From positions 1-58,559 of the forward strand of contig JBDOIF010000149.1 of assembly GCA_041082215.1 (NCBI GenBank): a stretch of DNA of 58,559 bases. The letters are read 5' to 3'. The position numbers were made by a program, and so were the translations under genes. The notes beneath the pieces are model-generated. The model worked only from the letters and a program-made list of their open reading frames with translations. It ran no database searches and had not been told where the DNA came from. This document shows, one piece after another, positions 47,904 through 55,990 of this stretch; the first letter of the stretch is position 1; every line of letters starts with the position of its first letter. Source of the DNA: Anaerolineae bacterium. GTDB lineage: Bacteria > Chloroflexota > Anaerolineae > B4-G1 > DUEL01.

Positions 47904-48731
47904 TCAGGAGAGGCACTCGGTCTCAGAAGATTGTCTTCGTCTCGCGGCATGCAGGGCCCGAGAACCCGTCGTAGCTCCCAGGAGCATAGAAATTCGGCTG
48001 GCCGTTTCCCAGCACAGACGAACAAATTCCTGTGCCCGCTCAGGGGTATAGCGGGAACGGGGGCCGGCCACACCGATGGCAGCCACAACCTGCCCATCCC
48101 GGTCAAAGATGGGCGTCGCCACTCCCCAGGCCCCCAGGTCGGTCTCTTCGTGGCTCTCGGCGTAGCCGTGCTCCCGGATGCGCGCCAGTTCGGCGTAAAG
48201 GGCCTCCGGGTCTGTGATCGTGTTGACGCATAGCCGAGGGAGCCCCTTCTCGCGGATGATGGCCTGAATCTCCTCCTCCGGCAGGTAGGCCATCAGGACT
48301 TTGGAGGAAGCACCCGCATGGGGTGGTCGGCGCATCCCCACATCCAGCGTCATCCGCACCGGATGGTCGGTCTCGACCCTCTCAATACACACCACCTCAA
48401 GCCCCTGATAGGCGGTGAGGATGACCGTCTCACCGGTGGCCGCTACCAATTCATCCATCACCGGACGGGCGATCTGGCGCAGGTCGAGGCTGTCTTTGGC
48501 CAGGCTCCCCCAGATGAGAAGATGGTAGCCGAGACGCCATCGTCGGTCTCGAGGGTCGTTGCGCAGGATGCCGTGGGACTCCAGCGCGGCGAGGAAACGG
48601 TGAAGGGTGCTTTTGGGGATGCCCAGCTCTTTGCTGAGCTCACTCAGGGACCAGGCCGGTCGTTCGCGGGTGAAACAATCCAGCACGCCAACCAGCCGAT
48701 CGATCGTCTTCACGGAAATTGCATCGCTCAT
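47904..48731 (-). CDS. IclR-family transcriptional regulator
   Basis: HTH LSELSKELGIPKSTLHRFL; GETVIL, HAGASSK and GYAES...GVATPIF. Confidence 0.93.
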   Translation of the reverse strand: MSDAISVKTIDRLVGVLDCFTRERPAWSLSELSKELGIPKSTLHRFLAALESHGILRNDPRDRRWRLGYHLLIWGSLAKDSLDLRQIARPVMDELVAATGETVILTAYQGLEVVCIERVETDHPVRMTLDVGMRRPPHAGASSKVLMAYLPEEEIQAIIREKGLPRLCVNTITDPEALYAELARIREHGYAESHEETDLGAWGVATPIFDRDGQVVAAIGVAGPRSRYTPERAQEFVRLCWETASRISMLLGATTGSRALHAARRRQSSETECLS

Positions 48732-48764
48732 GCTCTTCCGTAGAAGCGCTTTTTGCAGGAGGTT

Positions 48765-48820
48765 GTTCCACTATATAGAACGTTGTTCTAAATTATACCA
48801 CATCTTCTACCAATTGTCAA
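48765..48820 (-). promoter_or_regulatory. Consensus sigma70 promoter of iclR with downstream palindromic candidate operator
   Basis: TTGACA (48820-48815), 17 bp, TATAAT (48797-48792) with extended TG. Palindrome GTTC-N9-GAAC at 48765-48781. Confidence 0.8.
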
Positions 48821-49065
48821 ACCCGTTCCGGGTTCTGGGGGGCGTATCTCAATTTCTGGGCGAGTGATCCTCTCGCTCGCTGGCGGATCGCGAATCCCAC
48901 GAATGGCCCGAATACAGCAAATAGAAGGGATACCTGCTCCATTCGCGGTATTCGTTTCCATTCGCGCCATTCGTGTTTCCCCAGGTCCGGCCCAGGCCAG
49001 GGATCTCACCCCCAAACTGAAATACACCTTTCTGGGACTGTTCCGGGGTCTCAGTTACAGACCTA

Positions 49066-49119
49066 TTGACAAGCGAAGGGAAAAATGGTATAATGTGAAC
49101 GCTCACGTGAACGCTCACA
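49066..49119 (+). promoter_or_regulatory. Consensus sigma70 promoter with two tandem LacI-type operators
   Basis: TTGACA 49066-49071, 17 bp, TATAAT 49089-49094. GTGAACGCTCAC at 49095-49106 and again at 49107-49118. Confidence 0.88.
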
Positions 49120-49134
49120 TAACCCGGAGGCCCT

Positions 49135-50157
49135 ATGCACTCCAGGCCCACCATCCAGGACGTCGCCCGGCGAGCCGGCGTATCCCGCCAGACCGTCTCG
49201 CGCGTCCTCAACAACAAGGGCGAGGTCCGGCCGGAGACCCGGGAACGGGTGCTGGCGGCTATAGAAGAACTGAACTACCGCCCCAACGCCGTCGCCCGCA
49301 GTATGGTACGCGGGCACACCTGCACCCTCGGCTGTATCGCCCCCAGCCTCACCGATTTCACCTTCGCCAGCATCATTGAAGGGGCACAGGCCGAGGCACG
49401 TCGCCTGGGCTACTTCATCCTCACCGGCAGTGCCCCTACCGAACAGGCAGTGGAATCCCTGCTGGAAGAGTTCCTCCACCGCCAGGTGGACGGCTTGATG
49501 GTCTTCAACCCCTACGCTGACGGCCGCTTCCGCTACCTCCTCCCTCTCATTGAAAACGGCACCCCCGTCGTCTATCTGGGCAATACTTCGCGAGGTGAGC
49601 CCGTCTCCTCGGTCCGTTGCGACGACCCGGACGGCGGCTTTCAAGCAACGCGCTACCTGCTGGAATTGGGGCACACGGCCATTGCGACCATCACCGGCCC
49701 GCCCAACGAGGAATGCGTGGGCGACCGGCTGAACGGCTACCGTCGGACCCTGGAGGAGAACGGGCTTTCTGTGGATGACCGCCGGATCGTCAGTGGCGAT
49801 TGGTCTGCCCTCTCCGGCTACCGGGCCACCCGTTCTCTGCTGGAGGCCGGTGTGCCCTTCACTGCCATCTTCGCCCAGAACGACCAGATGGCCATCGGTG
49901 CGATTCGGGCCCTTCGGGAAGCCGGCCTGCAGGTCCCGCGCGATGTTTCCGTTATCGGCTTTGATGACATCCCGCTGGCCTCCTACTTTGACCCGCCGCT
50001 GACCACGCTGCGCCAGCCGATGGCGGAACTGGGCGAACAGGCGGCGCGCCTGCTCATTTCGGCTCTTCGTCAGTCCACTCCCATTCTAGAACAGTTGCTC
50101 CTGCCGGCCTGCGTCGTGGAGCGGGCCTCCTGTGCTGCACCTGCGACCGGCATGTAG
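49135..50157 (+). CDS. LacI-family transcriptional regulator
   Basis: TIQDVARRAGVSRQTVSRVLN, YRPNAVARSM, NDQMAIGA, VPRDVSVIGFDD and PPLTT. Confidence 0.95.
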   Translation: MHSRPTIQDVARRAGVSRQTVSRVLNNKGEVRPETRERVLAAIEELNYRPNAVARSMVRGHTCTLGCIAPSLTDFTFASIIEGAQAEARRLGYFILTGSAPTEQAVESLLEEFLHRQVDGLMVFNPYADGRFRYLLPLIENGTPVVYLGNTSRGEPVSSVRCDDPDGGFQATRYLLELGHTAIATITGPPNEECVGDRLNGYRRTLEENGLSVDDRRIVSGDWSALSGYRATRSLLEAGVPFTAIFAQNDQMAIGAIRALREAGLQVPRDVSVIGFDDIPLASYFDPPLTTLRQPMAELGEQAARLLISALRQSTPILEQLLLPACVVERASCAAPATGM

Positions 50158-50337
50158 GACAACTGCTCGCAGTTGCCCTACCGCCTGGCAATCGTTGCGT
50201 TCTTTTTGAGTACCGGAAGGCCCTGACATCGGAGGGCTTTCTAAAACTTCCGCACAGGAGGTGCTTATCGGGTAAGCCTGTGTTCCCTCAACCCAATTTT
50301 ATCGTTTTATTCCCCACTCAGATAGGAGGAGAGTGCC

Positions 50338-51663
50338 ATGAAACGGTATCTGCTGGCCCTGCTGGCCCTGGTCGCCACCCTGACCCTCATCGTTGCGTGT
50401 GCTCCCCAGACGGTGACGGTGACCGTAGAGCGGACTGTGCCGGTTCGGGAGACGGTGCAGGTCACCGTGGAGAAGCCGGTGGAAAAGCGCATCGTCATCT
50501 ACAACTCCTACATGAGCGACCCGGCTCCCCGGGAGGCCGACGCGGCCCTTGTGAGGATGTTTGAGGAGGAACACCCCGATATTGACGTCATTCACAGCAC
50601 CATCGCCCACGAGGACTTCAAGCAGGCGATTCGAGCCTACCTCACCGCCTCCACCCCGCCGGACGTGATGACCTGGTTCGCCGGGAATCGGGCCCGCTTC
50701 TTCATTGACAGGGGCCTGATTATGGACATCAGCGACGTCTGGGAGGAAGAGGGATGGAACGAGAGTTACCCCAGAGGGTTCCGCGCCCTCAGCACGGTGG
50801 ACGACAAGCAGTACTTCCTCCCGGCGAGCTGGTACTGGTGGGCGGTCTACTACCGCAAGGACATCTTTGACCAGTACGGCCTGGAGCCCCCGCAGACGTG
50901 GGACGAATTCCTGCAGATCTGCGCCACCCTCAAGCAGAACGGCATCACCCCCATCACCATCGGCACCAAGTACCCCTGGACAGCGGCTGGCTGGTTTGAC
51001 TACCTCAACATGCGGGTGAACGGCCCCGAATTCCACATCAACCTGATGCTGGGCAAGGAGCGGTACGACGACCCGCGCGTCAGGCGGGTGTTCACCGACT
51101 ACTGGGCGCCGCTGATCCAGAACGGCTACTTCCTAGAAAACGCCGCCGCCTACAGCTGGTCCGAGGCGCTCCAGTTCATGATTGATGGCCAGGCCGCTAT
51201 GTACCTGATGGGCGACTTCCTCCGGGACAGTTACCCGGACGAACTGGAGGGCAACCTGGACTTCTTCCGCTTCCCCATCATTGACCCCAATATGCCCATC
51301 GGCGAGGAAGCGCCCACGGACGGCTTCTTCATCGCCGCTAACTCCCAGCACCCGGAGGAGGCCAAACTGTTCCTGGCCTTCCTGGGCTCGGTGGAGGCGC
51401 AGCAATACTTTGCCGACACCCTGGGGCGGCTGCCGACCAATATGGGGGTGGATACCAGCAATTTCACCCCGGTACAGTTGAAGGGGCTGGAGCTGATCCA
51501 GGGCGCCGACTACGTGTCCCAGTTCTACGACCGGGATACCACTCCGGAGATGGCCGAGGAGGGCATGGCGGCCTTCCTGGAGTTCTGGGACAACCCCGAC
51601 GCCATTGACGACATCCTGGCCCGACTGGAAGCCGCCCGGCAGGAAATCTTCGCTGAGCAGTAG
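50338..51663 (+). CDS. Carbohydrate ABC transporter substrate-binding lipoprotein
   Basis: Lipobox IVAC; YYRKDIF...PQTWDEF and GQAAMYLMG; SD AGGAGG. Confidence 0.9.
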   Translation: MKRYLLALLALVATLTLIVACAPQTVTVTVERTVPVRETVQVTVEKPVEKRIVIYNSYMSDPAPREADAALVRMFEEEHPDIDVIHSTIAHEDFKQAIRAYLTASTPPDVMTWFAGNRARFFIDRGLIMDISDVWEEEGWNESYPRGFRALSTVDDKQYFLPASWYWWAVYYRKDIFDQYGLEPPQTWDEFLQICATLKQNGITPITIGTKYPWTAAGWFDYLNMRVNGPEFHINLMLGKERYDDPRVRRVFTDYWAPLIQNGYFLENAAAYSWSEALQFMIDGQAAMYLMGDFLRDSYPDELEGNLDFFRFPIIDPNMPIGEEAPTDGFFIAANSQHPEEAKLFLAFLGSVEAQQYFADTLGRLPTNMGVDTSNFTPVQLKGLELIQGADYVSQFYDRDTTPEMAEEGMAAFLEFWDNPDAIDDILARLEAARQEIFAEQ

Positions 51664-51670
51664 CTGCAGT

Positions 51671-51704
51671 GGGGGAGCCCGCTGGGCTGCGGGCTCCCCC
51701 TTCT
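51671..51704 (+). terminator. Strong hairpin after the SBP gene (mRNA stabiliser or weak terminator)
   Basis: GGGGGAGCCCGC-TGGGCT-GCGGGCTCCCCC-TTCT. Confidence 0.65.
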
Positions 51705-51718
51705 GGTCCTTTAGAAGC

Positions 51719-51767
51719 GTAGCGCAGGCCGCCAGGCCTGTCGTCGCAGGCGAACCGCCTGCGCTAC
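51719..51767 (+). repeat. Dispersed REP-like palindromic repeat, copy 2
   Basis: GTAGCGCAGGCCGCCAGGCCTG...GCCTGCGCTAC. Confidence 0.75.
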
Positions 51768-51797
51768 GCTTCTCGCCCTCTTCTCCAGGAGTATGGG

Positions 51798-52682
51798 ATG
51801 AGCGTGAAAACGTTCCGATTCCGTCTGACTCCGTATTTCTTCTTCATCGGCCCCCTCATCATCTACTCCATCTGGGTCATCGGGCCGATGATCTACACCA
51901 TCTACCTGAGTTTCACTAATTGGGACGGTGTTTCCTCCCCCGCCCTCATCGGCTGGCGCAATTATCAGAAACTCTTTCGGGACCCCGTCTTCTACATCTC
52001 CCTGACGAACAACCTCAAATGGATGCTCTGCTTCATCACCCTCCCGGTGATCGCCGGGCTGGCCCTGGCGCTGGTGCTCAACCGGAACATACCGGGGGCC
52101 AAGTTCTTCAAGACCTCCTTCTACTCCCCGATGGTTCTCTCCCTGGTCGTCTGTGGGCTTATCTGGTCCTGGATGTACCACCCGGCGAAAGGGTTGATCA
52201 ACGAGACCTTCCGGGCCATCAACCTGGACATGCTGGCCAAGGGGTGGCTCAGCGACCACCGTCTGGTGATGTGGGCCATCATCGCTGTCGGCGTCTGGCG
52301 GCAGGTGGGCTACGTGATGGTCCTCTACCTGGCCGGCCTGCAGGGGATTGATCCCACGCTGGTGGATGCCTCCAAAGTGGACGGCTGCAACCAATGGCAG
52401 ACGATCCGGCACGTCATCCTCCCCCTCCTGAGTCCGGTGACCGTCGTGGTGGTGGTCATCAGCATCATTGACTCCCTGCGCGCCTTTGACCTGGTCTCGG
52501 TGATGACCCGGGGAGGGCCGTATTACTCCTCCAGCGTCCTGGCCAACTTTATGTACATTGAGGCCTTCAACAACTACAAAATGGGCTACGGCGCGGCGAT
52601 TTCGGCCATCCTCTTCCTCCTCAGCGCCATCTTCATTTTCATCTACCTCTGGCGGGTTCTGCAGACGGAACTGGAGTATTAG
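51798..52682 (+). CDS. Carbohydrate ABC permease 1
   Basis: LSFTNWDG; EAA loop LAGLQGID...ASKVDG; GGPYYSS. Confidence 0.92.
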   Translation: MSVKTFRFRLTPYFFFIGPLIIYSIWVIGPMIYTIYLSFTNWDGVSSPALIGWRNYQKLFRDPVFYISLTNNLKWMLCFITLPVIAGLALALVLNRNIPGAKFFKTSFYSPMVLSLVVCGLIWSWMYHPAKGLINETFRAINLDMLAKGWLSDHRLVMWAIIAVGVWRQVGYVMVLYLAGLQGIDPTLVDASKVDGCNQWQTIRHVILPLLSPVTVVVVVISIIDSLRAFDLVSVMTRGGPYYSSSVLANFMYIEAFNNYKMGYGAAISAILFLLSAIFIFIYLWRVLQTELEY

Positions 52683-52684
52683 CG

Positions 52685-53524
52685 ATGAGCGCGCGACGGT
52701 TCTTTCGCTCTCCCTGGCGAACGGCCGGATACATCCTGCTGGTCATCGTCACCCTGCTCTGGCTGGTCCCCTTTGGCCAGGCTATTCTGACATCCTTTCG
52801 TTCCTACGACGACATCATGATTCGCGGTTTCTTCTCGTGGCCCAGGACCATCTCCCTGAACAGTTACCGAGAGGCTTGGATACGGGGCGGGTTAAGCCGT
52901 TATCTGCCCAACAGTTTCATCATCACGATCCCCTCCCTGGTCCTGACGCTCCTCTTTTCCTCCCTCTCCGCCTACGCCCTGGCCCGGTTTCGCTTTCCGG
53001 GGAATCGGGCGCTGTACTTTCTGTATGTGGGCGGGACGATGCTCCCCTTCCAGGTGCTGATGCTCCCGGTGTTCCGCCTGACCAACGCGCTGGGCCTCTA
53101 CGATACGTACTGGGGGTTGATCGCTTTCCATACGGCTTTCCAGCTGGGCTTCTGCACCTTCCTCCTGCGCAACTACATGCGCACCGTCCCCGGCGAAATC
53201 CTGGAGGCAGCCCGTATGGACGGCTGCAGCGAGTTCCGCATCTGGTGGCAGATTATGATGCCGCTGACGCTCCCGGCCCTGGCCGCCCTGGCGACGCTGG
53301 AGTTCACCTGGATTTTCAACGATTACCTCTGGGCCATCATCCTCCTGCGCAGCGACCAACTGAAGCCCGTCACCGCCGGCCTGGCGACCCTCCAGGGCCA
53401 GTACGTGACGGACTGGACCGTCATCGTGGCGGGGGCCCTCATCGCGACGGTCCCGACAGTGATCGTCTTTCTCTTCCTCCAGCGGTACTTTATTGAGGGA
53501 TTGACTCTGGGGGCCACAAAATAA
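52685..53524 (+). CDS. Carbohydrate ABC permease 2
   Basis: AYALARFRFPG, EILEAARMDG, FNDYLW and QRYFIEGL. Confidence 0.92.
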   Translation: MSARRFFRSPWRTAGYILLVIVTLLWLVPFGQAILTSFRSYDDIMIRGFFSWPRTISLNSYREAWIRGGLSRYLPNSFIITIPSLVLTLLFSSLSAYALARFRFPGNRALYFLYVGGTMLPFQVLMLPVFRLTNALGLYDTYWGLIAFHTAFQLGFCTFLLRNYMRTVPGEILEAARMDGCSEFRIWWQIMMPLTLPALAALATLEFTWIFNDYLWAIILLRSDQLKPVTAGLATLQGQYVTDWTVIVAGALIATVPTVIVFLFLQRYFIEGLTLGATK

Positions 53525-53613
53525 CCCCCGGAGCCGCGAGCGGTGGCAGCGACTTTGGTTTTTTGGGAATTCCCGCAGTCGGGGAATGCCGTGCCCACAA
53601 AACGGCGCCGAGC

Positions 53614-53674
53614 GTGGCGCAGGCTGTTAGCCTGTCCCAACAGGCCCGGCGGCCTGCGCTACATTGCCCACAAA
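53614..53674 (-). repeat. Dispersed REP-like palindromic repeat, copy 3
   Basis: Reverse complement reads tttgtgggcaatgtagcgcaggccgccgggcctgttgggacaggctaacagcctgcgccac. Confidence 0.75.
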
Positions 53675-53768
53675 CGGCCAGCGTACCAAGCAAATTCCCG
53701 GAGAGCGACTTTTTCGCTGTCGCCGATGCTGGTATAATACGCTCATCCCAATTCCAAGCGAGTCCCCC

Positions 53769-55787
53769 ATGTTCTACTACGGCTGCGACTACTACCCTGA
53801 ACATCGCCCGGAACCTTTCTGGGAAGAGGACGCCCGCCGGATGCGAGAGGCGGGCTTCAACGTTGTCCGCATCGGCGAATTCGCCTGGGCCCGCATGGAG
53901 CCGGCCGAGGGCCAGTACGACTGGGGCTGGCTGGACCGGGCTATAGAGACCCTCTACCGGCACGGCCTGCGCATCGTCCTGGGCACGCCGACGGCGGCTC
54001 CGCCCCCATGGCTGGTGGCGGCCCACCCCGAAATCCTCCCCCGCGACCGTCACCGCCGGGTCCGCCACGCCGGGAGCCGCCGCCACTACTGCCCCAACAG
54101 CCCCCTCTATCGGGAGTACACCCGCCGCATCGTCATTACACTGGCGGAGCGATACGGTTCCGACGAACGGGTGGTCGGCTGGCAGATAGATAACGAGTTC
54201 GGCTGTCACGACACCGGCCGCTGCTACTGCGACGTCTGCACGGCCCGCTTCCGGGAGTGGCTGCGGGAGCGCTACGGCTCGCTGGACAGGCTCAACGAGG
54301 CCTGGGGAACCGTCTTCTGGTCTTCCATCTACCGTTCCTGGGACGAGATTCCCCTCCCCTGGGCCGCGCCGGCGGAGCACAACCCGGCGCACCTGCTGGA
54401 CTTTCTCCGCTTCGGCACTGACTCTTTCCGCCAGTACCAGCAGTTGCAGATCGACATCCTCCGGGAGCGGGCCCCGGGGCAGTTTATCACCCATAACTAT
54501 ATGCCTTTCCACTCGCGGGAACTGGATTTCTACGACCTGGCGGCCCCGCTGGACTTCGTCTCCTGGGACAATTATCACTTTTACGGCGCCACACCGGCTC
54601 TCGTCGCGGCGACCCATGACCTGTACTGGGGGATGCAGGCCCGCAACTACTGGGTGATGGAGCAACAGGTCAGCCAGGTGAACTGGGCGCCCTATAACCC
54701 CGTCTTCCGCCCCGGCGAGGTGGGCCTGAAGGTCTGGCAGTCGGTGGCCCACGGAGCCGACGGCCTCCTCTATTTCGCCTGGCGGGCAACGACGCAGGGG
54801 GCCGAAATCTACCACTCTGGCCTCCTGGATTACAGCAACCGGCCGACCCGGGGGTACGAGGAGGCTCGCCGGATCGGTCAGATTCTCCAGCGCCTGGCCC
54901 CCTATCTGGAGGGGAGTATCCCCCCGGCAGAGGTCGCCATCCTGCACGATTATCCTTCCCGCTGGTCGCTGGACATCCAGCCCCACAACCGGGACCTGGC
55001 CGACGACGAAACGTTCCGGCAGGCGCTGATGGGACCCTACCAGGCCCTCTGGGCCCGCAACATCCCCGTGCACATCCTGCGGGCTGCCCCGGAGACCGAC
55101 CTCTCGGCCTATAAACTGGTCATCCTGCCGGCGCTCAATCTGATCGGCCCTGAACTGGCAGGGCGGCTCCAGGAATACGTCCACAACGGCGGTGCCCTCA
55201 TCGCCACCGCCCGCACAGGTTTCAAGGACGAATACGGGCGGGTCCCGGGTCAGCCCCCCGGCCATCTTGCCGAACTGGTGGGGGTGAAAGTGGGTGAGTT
55301 CGATTCCCTTCCCCCGGACCGCCGCAACTCGGTGCGGTTTGTCTATGGGCCTGCCGGCTCCGCCCCTGTCTCTCTATGGATGGAGGTTCTGCAACCGACC
55401 GGGGCCCGACCGCTGGCGGTTTATGAAGAGGACTTCTACGCCGGGGAGCCTGCTGCGACCATAGCTGAGGTGGGCCAGGGCCGGGCCTTCTACGTGGGCA
55501 TTCTGGCGGGCGCGGAGTTCTACGGCCCGCTGATGGACTGGCTGCTGCCCCAACTGGGGATTCGTCCCCCTCTGGCGACACCGGAAGGGGTGGAGGCAAA
55601 GGTCCGGGCAGGCCCCAGGGGGACGGTGCTTTTTCTGCTTAATCACAACGACCGGGCAGCCCGGGTTGCCCTCCCCGCTCCGGCCACAGACATCATCACC
55701 GGAGAGCGCTGGGACGGTGGAGAAATCGGTGCACGGGAAATCCGGATTTTTTTATTTCCACCAGTTTCTGCTGAGAAGGGGGGATGA
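53769..55787 (+). CDS. Beta-galactosidase, GH42
   Basis: YGCDYYPEH, GEFAW, GTPTAAPP, acid/base motif WQIDNE, LNEAWGT and nucleophile motif WVMEQ. TGGTATAAT at 53730-53738. Confidence 0.94.
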   Translation: MFYYGCDYYPEHRPEPFWEEDARRMREAGFNVVRIGEFAWARMEPAEGQYDWGWLDRAIETLYRHGLRIVLGTPTAAPPPWLVAAHPEILPRDRHRRVRHAGSRRHYCPNSPLYREYTRRIVITLAERYGSDERVVGWQIDNEFGCHDTGRCYCDVCTARFREWLRERYGSLDRLNEAWGTVFWSSIYRSWDEIPLPWAAPAEHNPAHLLDFLRFGTDSFRQYQQLQIDILRERAPGQFITHNYMPFHSRELDFYDLAAPLDFVSWDNYHFYGATPALVAATHDLYWGMQARNYWVMEQQVSQVNWAPYNPVFRPGEVGLKVWQSVAHGADGLLYFAWRATTQGAEIYHSGLLDYSNRPTRGYEEARRIGQILQRLAPYLEGSIPPAEVAILHDYPSRWSLDIQPHNRDLADDETFRQALMGPYQALWARNIPVHILRAAPETDLSAYKLVILPALNLIGPELAGRLQEYVHNGGALIATARTGFKDEYGRVPGQPPGHLAELVGVKVGEFDSLPPDRRNSVRFVYGPAGSAPVSLWMEVLQPTGARPLAVYEEDFYAGEPAATIAEVGQGRAFYVGILAGAEFYGPLMDWLLPQLGIRPPLATPEGVEAKVRAGPRGTVLFLLNHNDRAARVALPAPATDIITGERWDGGEIGAREIRIFLFPPVSAEKGG

Positions 55788-55990
55788 AGTTTGAGGCAGG
55801 CGGCAAAGCCGCTCGCCTCAATATGCTCCCTCTATTTCCGCCGACAGGAAGCCCGCAAGAGCAGCCCGGTGGGGCACCTGATCCGATCGCACCCGTTGCA
55901 GCAGACGCGTACAGGCATCATGCGCCAGCGCGGCCTCCTCCGCTGATGGTGGTCGCGCATCTGCTAAGATTCATAAAAGTGCCTGGCCCG

